64,000 bases of DNA from Nitrospinaceae bacterium (GTDB taxonomy: Bacteria; Nitrospinota; Nitrospinia; Nitrospinales; Nitrospinaceae). Below are positions 1 to 11,036 of the stretch, one piece after another. The notes under the pieces are model-generated. The model saw only the letters and a list, made by a program, of their open reading frames with translations, searched no databases and was not told the DNA's origin. The stretch lies in the NCBI GenBank assembly GCA_965237905.1, contig OZ250172.1:2624001-2688000 (forward strand), read 5' to 3'. The position numbers were made by a program, and so were the translations under genes. How positions within the stretch are numbered: the first letter of the stretch is position 1; every line of letters begins with the position of its first letter.

Positions 1-165
1 TTGCCCTACGCCCGCGAACTGGCTGGAAAAGGACTGCAAAAAGCCCTCCAGGAAAATCCGGCCCTGGGCCGCGGCCTCAATCTTTTCAAGGGGAAAGTGA
101 CCCATCTAGCGGTGGCTGAAGCATTGGATAAGGAATATGTTCCCCCCGAAAAGGTTTTGAGTTAG
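1..165 (+). CDS. ald: Alanine dehydrogenase, 3' end (partial)
   Basis: Manual frame-1 translation LPYARELAGKGLQKALQENPALGRGLNLFKGKVTHLAVAEAL...* matches the typical Ald C-terminus; TAG at 163-165. Confidence 0.8.
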   Translation: MPYARELAGKGLQKALQENPALGRGLNLFKGKVTHLAVAEALDKEYVPPEKVLS

Positions 166-185
166 ACTTAGGCCAAAATCGCTTC

Positions 186-209
186 TTCCCCGGAATTTCT
201 TCCGGGGAA
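186..209. terminator. Hairpin between ald and dnaE
   Basis: ttccccggaa-tttc-ttccggggaa, perfect 10-bp stem; no clear U-tract on the + strand. Confidence 0.4.
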
Positions 210-239
210 ATCCATCAATCCCTACTCTTCATAACGTGC

Positions 240-3200
240 ATGCGGCATTCTAACTTCGTCCATTTACACGTGCATACACATTACAGCCTGCTGGACTCGT
301 CCCTGCGTCACGAGGCCTTGTTCCAGCGGGCCGCCGAGTTCCGGATGCCCGCCGTTACCATGACCGACCACGCCAATCTGTTCGGCGCCATGGAGTTTTA
401 TGCCGGCGCGAAAAAGCATGGGCTCAAACCCATCATCGGGTGCGAGGTGTATGTCGCTCCGGAGAGCCGCCTGAAAAAAGACACTAATCACAGTCTGCGC
501 GATGCGTCCTACCATTTGATTCTGCTGGCCAAAAACGATACCGGTTACAAAAATCTGCTGAAGCTGGTGACGCAGGGATACCTGGAAGGATTCTATTACA
601 AGCCGCGCATCGATAAAGAACTATTGGCGGAAAACGCCGAAGGGTTGATCGCGCTCTCTTGCTGTAATCGGGGCGAGGTGGCGCATCACCTCAACAAGGA
701 GAATATTCCCCGCGCCACCAAAATGGCCGAGCAGTACCGGGACATCATGGGTGAGGACAATTTTTATCTGGAACTGCAGGATCATAAACTGGAATGGCAG
801 GAGGGGATCAACAGGGGATTGCTGGAGATCAGTAAAAACACCGGCATCCCGGTCGTGGCGACCAACAACTGCCATTACCTCGACCGGGACGATTTTCGTG
901 CCCACGAAATCCTGTTGTGCCTGCAGACCGGTAAGACCATGGATGACCCGTACCGGATGAAGTATCACTCCGACGAATATTATTTTAAATCGGCGGAGGA
1001 GATGACCGAGCTGTTCCAGCAGGTGCCGGAGGCTATTGAGAACACCGTCAAAATCGCCGAGCGGTGCAATCTGGAGATGGAGTTGGGCATTGACAACCTG
1101 CCGGAGTATCCCGTGCCCGAATCCTACACGCTAACGACCTACCTCGAAGAACGGGCGCAGGAAGGCCTGCAGGAACGGTTCGATAACATGAAACGGCTGG
1201 GGCAGACTTTCGACCTGGAAGTTTATGAGGCCCGCCTGGAGGAAGAACTGCAGATCATCCAGAAGATGGGATACCCCGGATATTTTCTGATCGTGTGGGA
1301 TTTCATCCGTCACGCGCGGGAGCATGGCATACCGGTAGGTCCGGGACGCGGCTCCGCCGCGGGGAGCCTGGTGGCGTATTCGCTGAAAATCACCGACATT
1401 GATCCTATGCAGTATGGGCTGTTGTTCGAGCGCTTCCTGAATCCGGAACGGGTGAGCATGCCGGATATCGATATTGATTTCTGTATGGACGGGCGCGACG
1501 AGGTGATCAAATACGTTTCGGAAAAATACGGCGGCAACGCCTTCGTCAGCCAGATCATCACTTTCGGAAGCATGAACGCGAAGGCGGTCATCCGCGACGT
1601 AGGCCGGGTGTTGGGGATGACCTACGGCGAAGTTGATAAAATTGCCAAACTGATACCCAACCGGTTGAATATCACACTCACCGCAGCGTTCAAGGAGGAG
1701 CCAAGGTTCAAGGAAATGCGCAAGGAAAGCGCAAGCGTCGACGAGTTGTTGAATATCGCACTCCGGCTGGAAGGCCTGCCGCGCCACTGTTCGACCCATG
1801 CGGCGGGCGTGGTGATTTCTCCGAAGCCGCTGACCGAGTTCCTTCCTCTTTATAAAGGAAGCAACGACGAAGTGGTCACCCAGTTTTCAATGAACAACAT
1901 CGAAAAGCTGGGCCTGCTCAAGATGGACTTCCTCGGCCTGCGCACGTTGACAGTCATCCATAATGCTCTCAAACTCATTCAATCCTCTATGGAGATGGAG
2001 CTGGATATCGACGCGATTCCCAAGGACGACGCCAAAACGTTCGCGCTTCTCAGCGATGCCCGTACGCGCGGCGTGTTTCAATTGGAAAGTTCCGGCATGC
2101 GCGATCTACTTAAGAAAATGAAGCCGGACAGCTTTGAAGACATCATTGCCCTGCTGGCGTTGTTCCGGCCCGGTCCGCTGGAGAGCGGCATGATCGACGA
2201 CTATGTGAAACGCAAGCACGGCACGATGGATGAGAAATACGACCTGCCGCAGTTGAAGGAAATCCTGCAAGAAACGCATGGCGTGATTCTCTATCAGGAA
2301 CAGGTCATGAAAATTGCCAACGTTCTGGCCGGGTTCACCCTGGGCGACGCCGATCTGCTTCGCCGCGCCATGGGGAAAAAGAAACCGGAGGAGATGGCTC
2401 AGCAGAGGGAAAAGTTTGCCAAGGGATCAGCGCACAACAAAATTCCCGAGAAAAAAGCAGAACGCATTTTCGATCTGATGGAAAAATTCGCGGGGTACGG
2501 TTTCAATAAATCGCACAGTGCGGCCTATGCGTTGATCTCCTATCAGACCGCATACCTGAAAGCGCATTATCCCCTGCAGTTTTTCGGCGCGTTGATCACC
2601 AGTGACATGGACAACACGGACAAAGTCATCCGTTACATCAACGACGCGCGGGAGATGGGTATCCAGATTCTGCCGCCGGATGTGAACGAAAGCCAGAAGG
2701 ATTTTTCAATTTCGAAAGACGCATTACTGTTCGGGCTCGGGGCGATCAAGAACGTCGGGTCGGCGGCTATCGATCAGATTATTGAAACCCGTCAGGAGTT
2801 GGGTCGGTTCGATTCACTCAAACAGCTTTGCGAACAGGTGGACCTCCGGCAAGTCAATAAGCGGGTCATCGAAAGCCTGGTTAAGAGTGGCGCCTGCGAT
2901 TCCCTGGGGGAAGGCAGGGCCAGCATGATGCATCACCTGCTGTTGTACATGGATATGGGCCAGGCCCGGCAAAGAGACAAACAGTTGGGGCAGTCCAACA
3001 TGTTCGATACGTTTGAGGAGGAAGTGGCGAATGAGGCGCCGCCTCCATCCAGCGAGATTAAGGAGTGGAGCGACCACGACCGCCTGCGATTCGAAAAGGA
3101 AACCATCGGCTTTTACGTGTCCGGGCATCCCTTGACGCGGTATCAAAAGGACATCGACTGGTTCACCGATTCCAGTTCGGCCAGTATTTCAGAGCAGGAC

Positions 3201-3704
3201 AACGGCAAGAGCGTCAGCCTCGCCGGGGTGCCGTTCAAGATCATCCCGAAAACGACACGCAGGGGCGACAAGATGGCGCTGGTGACTCTGGAGGATTTGC
3301 AGGGTACGGTGGAAGTCACCCTGTGGCCGGAAATTTATCAGGCGTCCGCGGAACTTCTGGCGGCGGACGAACCGATTCTGGTCAAGGGCACGGTGGATTC
3401 GGTTGACAACGTGCCCAAGGTGATCGCCACGGCAGTGTTGCCTTTATCAGAGGCGAAGAACCATTGGGATGGTGAGGTGCACCTTCGGATTCGAACGCCG
3501 GGTCTTGAAAAAGATATGATGGCATCGGTCAAAAAAGTGCTCGCCGGGCATCAGGGAACCAATCCTCTGCTGGTCCATTTCATTTTTCCGGACAGCAAGA
3601 ACCGGGTTCGGACGGTGAAATCCGACATGAAAGTGAAGCCCAGTGACGCTGTGATTCACGAGGTCGAAGCATTGCTGGGGGAAGAGTCGATTTACTTTAA
3701 GTGA
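240..3704 (+). CDS. dnaE: DNA polymerase III alpha subunit
   Basis: 1154 aa; PHP domain HLHVHTHYSLLD, GRGSAAGSLVAY, catalytic MPDIDIDF, FNKSHS, C-terminal OB fold. Confidence 0.98.
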   Translation: MRHSNFVHLHVHTHYSLLDSSLRHEALFQRAAEFRMPAVTMTDHANLFGAMEFYAGAKKHGLKPIIGCEVYVAPESRLKKDTNHSLRDASYHLILLAKNDTGYKNLLKLVTQGYLEGFYYKPRIDKELLAENAEGLIALSCCNRGEVAHHLNKENIPRATKMAEQYRDIMGEDNFYLELQDHKLEWQEGINRGLLEISKNTGIPVVATNNCHYLDRDDFRAHEILLCLQTGKTMDDPYRMKYHSDEYYFKSAEEMTELFQQVPEAIENTVKIAERCNLEMELGIDNLPEYPVPESYTLTTYLEERAQEGLQERFDNMKRLGQTFDLEVYEARLEEELQIIQKMGYPGYFLIVWDFIRHAREHGIPVGPGRGSAAGSLVAYSLKITDIDPMQYGLLFERFLNPERVSMPDIDIDFCMDGRDEVIKYVSEKYGGNAFVSQIITFGSMNAKAVIRDVGRVLGMTYGEVDKIAKLIPNRLNITLTAAFKEEPRFKEMRKESASVDELLNIALRLEGLPRHCSTHAAGVVISPKPLTEFLPLYKGSNDEVVTQFSMNNIEKLGLLKMDFLGLRTLTVIHNALKLIQSSMEMELDIDAIPKDDAKTFALLSDARTRGVFQLESSGMRDLLKKMKPDSFEDIIALLALFRPGPLESGMIDDYVKRKHGTMDEKYDLPQLKEILQETHGVILYQEQVMKIANVLAGFTLGDADLLRRAMGKKKPEEMAQQREKFAKGSAHNKIPEKKAERIFDLMEKFAGYGFNKSHSAAYALISYQTAYLKAHYPLQFFGALITSDMDNTDKVIRYINDAREMGIQILPPDVNESQKDFSISKDALLFGLGAIKNVGSAAIDQIIETRQELGRFDSLKQLCEQVDLRQVNKRVIESLVKSGACDSLGEGRASMMHHLLLYMDMGQARQRDKQLGQSNMFDTFEEEVANEAPPPSSEIKEWSDHDRLRFEKETIGFYVSGHPLTRYQKDIDWFTDSSSASISEQDNGKSVSLAGVPFKIIPKTTRRGDKMALVTLEDLQGTVEVTLWPEIYQASAELLAADEPILVKGTVDSVDNVPKVIATAVLPLSEAKNHWDGEVHLRIRTPGLEKDMMASVKKVLAGHQGTNPLLVHFIFPDSKNRVRTVKSDMKVKPSDAVIHEVEALLGEESIYFK

Positions 3705-3711
3705 GGTTACC

Positions 3712-4353
3712 TCAACCCAGCAGATGTTGCTGTATCAGTGCTTCCGCTTGGGTGAATTCTTCTTCAAGGGTGGATGGCGGCAGAAGCATGGGGATAGTGA
3801 CGACCGGCCCATGGCGTGAAACAATCTGGAGGGCGGGAACCGTTGGTCGACCCAGCAATAGTGCAGGAAGAAAGAAACGGGACGCTCTTTGAACCGATTC
3901 GACATCCTTCCATGCGATAAAAGCTTTAGGAGGGGCCGCCGGAAAATGGATGCGTGAAAAGTGCATGGCAAGCCCCTCGGGCCCCAGCGTGACGAAGTAG
4001 GCACGGGGAAACATGTCGCGGTTGTTCAGCATCACCAGAATCACCCGCATCAGACCGGCCAGCATCAGCAGGCACAACGCAGAGATGCCCAGTGTGGTGC
4101 CGTTGACTTTCCACTCGCCGAGAAATCCGGACAGCGGAAGAAAAATGACACAGGCCATTAACAGCGGTAGCGGGGCGATCATGAACAATCCATGAAACCG
4201 GATTTTCAGTGCCGGTAAACCTTTCGGCAGGACGGCATGGACTCCATCGCCGCAATCGATCACCGCGCGGGTTTGGGTTTCTTCTTCGTGCTCCGCGATA
4301 TAAGCATCGGCCTGGTCGTAATTTTTGGAAGCCCAGTTTTCGCTGTTCATCAA
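3712..4353 (-). CDS. Hypothetical membrane protein
   Basis: 213 aa ORF with two hydrophobic segments; fills the gap between dnaE and the peptidase gene. Confidence 0.7.
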   Translation of the reverse strand: MMNSENWASKNYDQADAYIAEHEEETQTRAVIDCGDGVHAVLPKGLPALKIRFHGLFMIAPLPLLMACVIFLPLSGFLGEWKVNGTTLGISALCLLMLAGLMRVILVMLNNRDMFPRAYFVTLGPEGLAMHFSRIHFPAAPPKAFIAWKDVESVQRASRFFLPALLLGRPTVPALQIVSRHGPVVTIPMLLPPSTLEEEFTQAEALIQQHLLG

Positions 4354-4428
4354 TTTTATTCCGGCGCGCCGGGACTCCGTTTATGAGATAATAAAAACTT
4401 TATTATTTCGTTTAGATGACAGGTTTCA

Positions 4429-5742
4429 TTGAAAATTCAGACCGACACTGAAATCAAAAGTTTTCGAAGCACCCTGGCCAACGGCCTGACAGTGGTGGCG
4501 GTGGAGATGCCGCATATCCATACGATTGAGGTCGCCATGTTCGTCCGTGCCGGTCTGCGTTTTGAAAATGAGAAAAATAACGGAGTTTCCCATTTCCTGG
4601 AACACATGATGTTCCGGGGCAACCGGAAATACCCGGATTCCATCTCTCTCAATCTGGAATTCGAGAAGATCGGCCGCGACCTGCGTGCCTCCACCCTCAG
4701 CGAGTACACCTACTACGGTTTCAGCCCGCATTATGACCAATTGGAACGCGGAATGGAATTGTTTGCTGAATTTTTTACCGATCCCACTTTTCCCCATATC
4801 GAGCTGGAGCGCGGAATCATTCTGGAAGAGTGTCTGGAGGACTTGAATGCCGAGGGTGAAAATATCGACATCAACAACGTCGCCTGCGCCCTGATGTACC
4901 CAGACAATCCGCTCGCTCTGCCGACCATCGGAACAGAGGAGTCGATCGAATCCATCGATGCTGCGATGCTCCGGGACTACTTTGAGAAATACTATTGTCC
5001 TTCCAACATGGTATTGGTCGGGGCGGGATGCCTGGCGCAATCGCAATTCCATCAACTGGCGCAAACGCATTTCGGAAAAATTCCGCGCCGGGGCACCGCC
5101 GTGCCCAAAGATTATTTTTTGAATAGCATGCGCGAAGACCAAACAAAGCCGCAATTTCGTGTTCAGGAAGATGTCGACAGTCAGGATGAGGTGCAAATCT
5201 GTTTCCGGTCTGTTTCCTACAATCACCCGGATTATTACACCGCCTGTTTGGCCGGCCGGTTGTTCGACGACGGCGTCAGCTCCCGTCTGCAAAAGGTACT
5301 GCGGGAAGAGCAGGGCCTGGCCTATTCGGTGGAATGCCGCGCCACCAGCCTGGCGGATATCGGGACCATCGATTTTGACGTGACTGCGCGCCCCGAGAAA
5401 GTATCGGCCATTGTCCAGGTGATTTTCGGCGAAATCAAAAAGTTTTTAGATTCCGGCGTCACGCTGGAGGAACTGGATCACGTTAAAAAAAGATACATGT
5501 ACGACCTCGCGCTGGAGTTGGACGAGCCCGGCAAGCAGGCGGCGCGTTATGGATTCTCCGAGCTGTATTCCAAAGTCATCACCCTGGAAGAAGAAAGGGA
5601 TCTCGTCGAGTCGATCACTCTCGAAGATATCTGCCGGGTGGCCGAGTCGATTTTTAAAGCCCGCAACCTCAACGTCGTTCTGGTTGGTCCCCACACTCCG
5701 CAAATCGACCAGGAACTCGAACGATTGATCCGCGAATTCTAA
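4429..5742 (+). CDS. M16 (pitrilysin) family zinc peptidase
   Basis: Inverted zinc motif HFLEH, N-terminal LANGL, ERGIILEE, LREEQGLAYSV. Confidence 0.93.
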   Translation: MKIQTDTEIKSFRSTLANGLTVVAVEMPHIHTIEVAMFVRAGLRFENEKNNGVSHFLEHMMFRGNRKYPDSISLNLEFEKIGRDLRASTLSEYTYYGFSPHYDQLERGMELFAEFFTDPTFPHIELERGIILEECLEDLNAEGENIDINNVACALMYPDNPLALPTIGTEESIESIDAAMLRDYFEKYYCPSNMVLVGAGCLAQSQFHQLAQTHFGKIPRRGTAVPKDYFLNSMREDQTKPQFRVQEDVDSQDEVQICFRSVSYNHPDYYTACLAGRLFDDGVSSRLQKVLREEQGLAYSVECRATSLADIGTIDFDVTARPEKVSAIVQVIFGEIKKFLDSGVTLEELDHVKKRYMYDLALELDEPGKQAARYGFSELYSKVITLEEERDLVESITLEDICRVAESIFKARNLNVVLVGPHTPQIDQELERLIREF

Positions 5743-5759
5743 TCCAAACCCTTTGATTC

Positions 5760-6569
5760 ATGTTGAACGATTTCCACCTTCAATTGATATTCAAAAAGAG
5801 TGGGTTGACCGTGGTCTTGTTCTTTTGCTTTGTTTGGGGATGCGGGACTCCGGACGCACAGTATTCAAGTTGTATAGACGACGGCGACTGCACCTCACAG
5901 TTGCAGGTAAAAAAATTTTCCGGTGACATTCCGGTGTCGCCCGATTCCAAGTTCTGGAGCTCCCCACAGGGGTCGGGGAAAACCACCGTCGATTTGGGAC
6001 CGCAATTGATCACCAATCCGCAATGGCCCAATCCTTTCGTTAAGAAAGTTTTCATCAGTGTTGCGCGGACGGCGACACAGATCGCGGTTCGCCTGGAATG
6101 GGAGGATAATTCGGTGGACAACGGGATTGACCAATCGCGTCTGTACACGGATCAGGCGGCAATCATGTTTCCCCTTAACTCGAATAAGAAAGTGCCGCCC
6201 ATCACCATGGGTGGTGAAGGTTTTCCGGTCAATATCTGGCAATGGAAAGCGGTGCGTCAAGTGACGGCCGACGCCGCGCAGAAGGATTCGGCCGCGAGAT
6301 TGTCCCCGATCGAAGATTTGAATGCAGAGGGATTCAGCACCCTCACGCGCCAGGATGAGCAGAACGTTTCCGGCAAAGGATTACGTACGAACAAAGGCTG
6401 GCAGGTGGTGTTCAAAAGAAACTTAACGAATGCGGACGAGCATGACGTGCAGTTTACGGGATCGACACCGATGGCCGTCGCCATCTGGAACGGCGGCAAC
6501 CGCGAAACCAACGGCCAGAAGGGACTTGCGGGTTGGATTCTTTTGCAATTCGGGAACGGGGCAGATTAA
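5760..6569 (+). CDS. Ethylbenzene dehydrogenase gamma-like (DMSO reductase type II heme b subunit) lipoprotein; NxrC-like candidate
   Basis: Motifs RLEWED, DQAAIMFP, ITMG, VNIWQWKA, AVAIWNG..RETNGQK typical of the EB_dh DOMON family; lipobox-like WGC. Confidence 0.8.
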   Translation: MLNDFHLQLIFKKSGLTVVLFFCFVWGCGTPDAQYSSCIDDGDCTSQLQVKKFSGDIPVSPDSKFWSSPQGSGKTTVDLGPQLITNPQWPNPFVKKVFISVARTATQIAVRLEWEDNSVDNGIDQSRLYTDQAAIMFPLNSNKKVPPITMGGEGFPVNIWQWKAVRQVTADAAQKDSAARLSPIEDLNAEGFSTLTRQDEQNVSGKGLRTNKGWQVVFKRNLTNADEHDVQFTGSTPMAVAIWNGGNRETNGQKGLAGWILLQFGNGAD

Positions 6570-7501
6570 TCTTTTTTGCCAGCGAGGTTTTTGCGGAAGC
6601 GTTCAAACGTTCCTTCCAGGTAGGGAATCATGGTGTCCTTCAACTCCTGCGGCACGAAGTTGATCTTGTCCGCCGGCCAGTTTTCGATCTGGTGAATGTC
6701 CAGACCCGCCTTTGTGTACGGCCCCTCCAAAGCTTCTTCATAGCCATAGACCAGCGCGTTGGAATGAACCTTATGGTACAACTCTTCGATTTTCGCGGGA
6801 TCGTGCAGTCCGCCGATGAAACAGTCGAATAATTCCTGGACGAGGGGTTCAGCGTGCTCGGCGAAGTCCGGTGACAGAGCAGGTTTCAGGGTGAAGTAAA
6901 TAATCATCGCGTCCTGCAACATGAATTTCAATTCATCAGTCGCTTTTTTCAGAGGACGGTGATTGATGTCGAGCAGTTCTTTGATCTGTTTGACGTTTCT
7001 TATGGCGTCGTAGATGATGGACTCCGCCCAGGTGGCGCTGTTCCAAACAAAAAACGCGCGCACGAATTTGACCCGCCGTGTGGCGTCCCACATCTGAAGT
7101 GTGGTGGTGGGGCGAATCTTGTTGGTGCATGGCACCTTTTCTCCCCAATGGGGATCAGTCAGCTTCAGTTGATACTTACCGAAATTGGTTTGCAGGGTGT
7201 CACGGTAAATCTCCATGAGCTTTTCGAAATTGTCCGGCTCGTCCAGCGGGGTGTTCTGTGGCAGGCTGACCAGCGAATACAAGCGCACCACGTTGGTCCG
7301 GGAGACGCCGATGTCATCCGCCACCAGGTAAGTTCCGCCCCACATCCCGGCGGTGATGGGGATGTCGATCCCCGTTTCGGCGTTCAACCGGTCCCGTACC
7401 ATCTGCGCGGTCTGACCGAACAGTTCGTGAAGGTGGAACAGGTTGATGTTGCGCGGGCCGGCGAATAAGGTTTCGGGCAACTGCGTGTCAAGGCTCATCA
7501 T
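6566..7501 (-). CDS. Hypothetical protein
   Basis: Long ORF; start trimmed to ATG 7501 (MMSLDTQ) to avoid overlap with ilvD. Confidence 0.75.
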   Translation of the reverse strand: MMSLDTQLPETLFAGPRNINLFHLHELFGQTAQMVRDRLNAETGIDIPITAGMWGGTYLVADDIGVSRTNVVRLYSLVSLPQNTPLDEPDNFEKLMEIYRDTLQTNFGKYQLKLTDPHWGEKVPCTNKIRPTTTLQMWDATRRVKFVRAFFVWNSATWAESIIYDAIRNVKQIKELLDINHRPLKKATDELKFMLQDAMIIYFTLKPALSPDFAEHAEPLVQELFDCFIGGLHDPAKIEELYHKVHSNALVYGYEEALEGPYTKAGLDIHQIENWPADKINFVPQELKDTMIPYLEGTFERFRKNLAGKKD

Positions 7502-7524
7502 GGATGGAAGTGTGCGTTCTCGGG

Positions 7525-9216
7525 TTAATCCGTCACCGCTCCACGGGACGCTGTAGAGACTAGCTTGGCGTATTTGGCCAATGCTCCGGATTTGTATTTG
7601 ATCGCCGGTGCCTGCCATTGTTTTTTGCGTTTGTCCAGTTCTGCGTCGCTGACGTTGAGCTGGATCAGGTTCTTCTCAATGTCGATGGTGATGGTGTCGC
7701 CTGCCTGCACGAGACCGATGGTACCGCCGACCTGTGCTTCCGGCGCGACGTGGCCAACCACCAGTCCGTAGGAGCCGCCGGAAAAGCGGCCGTCGGTCAA
7801 CAACCCGACGCTTTCTCCCAGTCCCTTGCCGACCAATGCAGACGTTGGCGCCAGCATCTCGCGCATGCCCGGGCCGCCTTTCGGACCCTCGTAGCGAATA
7901 ACGACGACATCGCCCGCCTTAATTTTGTTGCCGATAATCGCGTCCAGGCATTCTTCTTCCGAGTTGAAAATCTGCGCGGGACCTTCGATCCGGTGCGTTT
8001 TAATTCCGGAAATTTTGGCGACGCATCCCTCCGGCGATAGATTGCCTTTCAGGATGACGAGATGGCCTTCTTTCGACTTCGGTGCGCTGAGCGGTAGAAT
8101 GACATCCTGTGTGGAGGCCGGTGCGTCGGGAATGCTCTTCAGGTTTTCCGCGACGGTTTTTCCGGTCACGGTCATGCAGTCGCCGTGCAGGATTCCCGCC
8201 TTCAACAGCATCTTCATGACCTGAGGAATACCGCCGGCCTGATGCAAGTCGACTGTCACGTATTTGCCGGACGGTTTCAGGTCGCAGAAGTGCGGCACTT
8301 TCTTGCGGATCGTTTCGAAATCGTCGATGGTCAACTCGATGCCCATGCTGTGCGCGATGGCGAGCAGGTGCAGTACCGCGTTGGTCGACCCGCCCACCGC
8401 CATGACCAGGGCAATCGCGTTCTCCAGCGATTTGCGTGTGATGATGTCCGACGGGAGTATGTTTTTCCTTAATAACGTGAACAGCGCCAGACTGCTCTGC
8501 TGGGTGCTCAATTCTTTTTCTTTGTCCTCGTTGGACATGGTGGAGCTGTAAGGCAGGCTCATCCCCATGGCCTCGATAGCGGACGACATCGTGTTGGCGG
8601 TGAACATGCCGCCGCAGGAACCATGCCCGGGACACGCGTTTTTCTCGATGGCGGTCAGTTGGTCCTTGTCGATCAATCCGCCGCTGAACTGACCCACCGC
8701 TTCGAACGCGCTGACGACGGTCAAATCCTGATCTCCCAGATGGCCGGGTTTGATGGTGCCGCCGTACACAAAAACGCTGGGAATGTTCAGACGCGCCAGG
8801 GCGATCAAAGCGCCGGGCATATTTTTGTCACATCCGCCGATGCAGATCATCGCGTCCATGCAGGCGCCGCGGCCGACCACTTCGATCGAGTCGGCGATCA
8901 CTTCACGGCTGATGAGCGAGGCCTTCATGCCCTCGGTGCCCATGGAGATGCCGTCGCTGATGGTGATGGTGCCGAACATCTGCGGCATGCCGCCATTATT
9001 TTTGATTTCCGCCATGGCGACGTCCGCCAGCTTGCCCAGCCCGGCGTTGCAGGGGGTGATGTTGCTCTGGCCGTTGGCGACGCCGATGATCGGCTTGTCA
9101 AAATCTTCGTCGTTGAATCCGACACTGCGCAGCATGGCGCGGTTGGGCGAACGTTTGTCGCCCGCCGTGATCAGGCGGCTTTTTTTGTTCAGTGCTTCTT
9201 TACTGCTCTCCGGCAT
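7525..9216 (-). CDS. ilvD: Dihydroxy-acid dehydratase
   Basis: [49 protein letters not shown]. Confidence 0.98.
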   Translation of the reverse strand: MPESSKEALNKKSRLITAGDKRSPNRAMLRSVGFNDEDFDKPIIGVANGQSNITPCNAGLGKLADVAMAEIKNNGGMPQMFGTITISDGISMGTEGMKASLISREVIADSIEVVGRGACMDAMICIGGCDKNMPGALIALARLNIPSVFVYGGTIKPGHLGDQDLTVVSAFEAVGQFSGGLIDKDQLTAIEKNACPGHGSCGGMFTANTMSSAIEAMGMSLPYSSTMSNEDKEKELSTQQSSLALFTLLRKNILPSDIITRKSLENAIALVMAVGGSTNAVLHLLAIAHSMGIELTIDDFETIRKKVPHFCDLKPSGKYVTVDLHQAGGIPQVMKMLLKAGILHGDCMTVTGKTVAENLKSIPDAPASTQDVILPLSAPKSKEGHLVILKGNLSPEGCVAKISGIKTHRIEGPAQIFNSEEECLDAIIGNKIKAGDVVVIRYEGPKGGPGMREMLAPTSALVGKGLGESVGLLTDGRFSGGSYGLVVGHVAPEAQVGGTIGLVQAGDTITIDIEKNLIQLNVSDAELDKRKKQWQAPAIKYKSGALAKYAKLVSTASRGAVTD

Positions 9217-9320
9217 TCTCGGTACTCCTGTTCAGGCCCCGGAGGGGGTGTTGGGGTAATTTTGTCTGGAAAATCGACATCATAACCCCTCGTGGGGGAA
9301 AATTAAAATAAAATGTGGGA

Positions 9321-10973
9321 TCAGCCCTCAACCCGCTCGATTCGGGGCCGGGAAATGTAGCCGGAGGCGGCTACGGTGTGGGCCACGGCGTAATACACAG
9401 GGGAGGGCGCGGGGGTGAGCTTCGGCTCGGGACCCTGCCATTCCAGCGTGTGGCGGAACGGCACCACCATCGTCTTGCGGTCGCCGTCCCAGGTTTTGGA
9501 GCGGGAGGAGCCGTTCGATGCCAATCGCGCAGTCATGAATCCCGGCAGGCGAAAACTGCGCTGGTGGTACAGGTAATCGAGTTGCAGCAGGTCCCAGGCC
9601 AGGGGGTCGGCGTCGAGGTTAAAGGTCTCGGCGAAGATGCGGTACTGGTGGTCGAGCGACAACGCGTTCAATACCCGGTTTTCTTTTTCGAGTGCGGTCA
9701 TCAGTTTCTTGAAAACTTCTACGGGCGCCTGACTTTGGAGCAGACGGTCGAGGGAAAACTGAAACCGTTTGGTGTTGTAAAACAGGTCAAACGTCTCGTT
9801 GAACTGTTTCAGGAACCGGACTTCCTCCGCCGACAGGTTTTTGTGCGACAGAAATTCGTACGGTGGGAACGACAGGTAGCGGTACTCGTGAGATTCGATT
9901 TTGTCGCGAATCGGCGCGCCAGGCAGGAATTTCAGGAAGCCGAGTTGCAGTTCGTGCGGTTTGAGTTTCAGAACCTCGGTGAACGATTCCATCAGTTCGT
10001 CCAGGGTTTCTCCCGGTAAACCAAAAATGAGATCGCAATGGAGATGCACGCGATCCTGCTGGATCAGCGCCTGTATTGTTTTAAACAATTTTGCGTTGCT
10101 CTGTTTGCGGTGGACGGTGGTCTGTACTTCTTCCGTCGTAGTCTGAATGCCGATCTCGAACTGGAACATGCCCTGCGGCACGGTTGCGAGGAAGCGCATC
10201 ATGTCGTCATTGAGCAAGTCGCCGACCACTTCGAAATGAAACTCCGTGCCTTCGAACTGCGTCAGCCATTGCATGAGGCTCATCATGCGTTTTGGTTGAA
10301 GATTAAACGTCCGATCGACGAACTTGATCTTGCCCGTGCCGTTCTGGATGAGACGCTGGATCTGCTGGCGGATGTCGGCGTCGTCGAAGTACCTTACCTT
10401 CTTGTCGAGCGCCGACAGGCAGAACGAGCACAGGTAGGGGCATCCGCGCGAGGCTTCGATATACGCGTAGCGATTTTTAAGTGTGGGGTAATCCTCTTCG
10501 ATGTACGGCGGATGCAGGTCCGGCAGGTCATTGCCGTAAGTGTTCCAGTGGTCCAGCGTTTCCCGAGGCGGCGATTCCCCCTTGGCGGCGAAGTTGAGGT
10601 ACTCCACCCACTTGCTTTCACCCTCGCCTGCGATCAGGGTGTAGCCGTCCGGTAATTCCGGTTCGAAAGACACCTCCGGTCCGCCCAAAACAATTTTCAA
10701 ACCAGGATTTTGTTTCTGCAGGTATTCTAATAATTCGAAGCTTTGCTTCCGGTTCCAGATGTAGACACTGAGGCCCAAAATATCAGGCTGTTGTTTCAGG
10801 ATGTCCGCGGCGATTTTCCAGACCGGCTGGTTGATGATGAATTCTTGGACCCAGACGTTCTCGAATCCCGCCCGCCGCGCCGCATTGCGCAGGTAGCGCA
10901 GGCTCAGCGATGAATGGATAAACTTCGCGTTCAATGTGACAATGCCGATGGATGGGTTCATGCCGCCTAGCAT
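9321..10973 (-). CDS. B12-binding radical SAM protein
   Basis: CxxxCxxC (CPYLCSFC), N-terminal cobalamin-binding LGGPEVS; start could be the second Met (10961). Confidence 0.9.
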   Translation of the reverse strand: MLGGMNPSIGIVTLNAKFIHSSLSLRYLRNAARRAGFENVWVQEFIINQPVWKIAADILKQQPDILGLSVYIWNRKQSFELLEYLQKQNPGLKIVLGGPEVSFEPELPDGYTLIAGEGESKWVEYLNFAAKGESPPRETLDHWNTYGNDLPDLHPPYIEEDYPTLKNRYAYIEASRGCPYLCSFCLSALDKKVRYFDDADIRQQIQRLIQNGTGKIKFVDRTFNLQPKRMMSLMQWLTQFEGTEFHFEVVGDLLNDDMMRFLATVPQGMFQFEIGIQTTTEEVQTTVHRKQSNAKLFKTIQALIQQDRVHLHCDLIFGLPGETLDELMESFTEVLKLKPHELQLGFLKFLPGAPIRDKIESHEYRYLSFPPYEFLSHKNLSAEEVRFLKQFNETFDLFYNTKRFQFSLDRLLQSQAPVEVFKKLMTALEKENRVLNALSLDHQYRIFAETFNLDADPLAWDLLQLDYLYHQRSFRLPGFMTARLASNGSSRSKTWDGDRKTMVVPFRHTLEWQGPEPKLTPAPSPVYYAVAHTVAASGYISRPRIERVEG

Positions 10974-11036
10974 ACCATTTTGAGGTATATTGCTTTACAA
11001 TTAAATATACTCGAGGTCAATTGAGAGGATAGCGAA

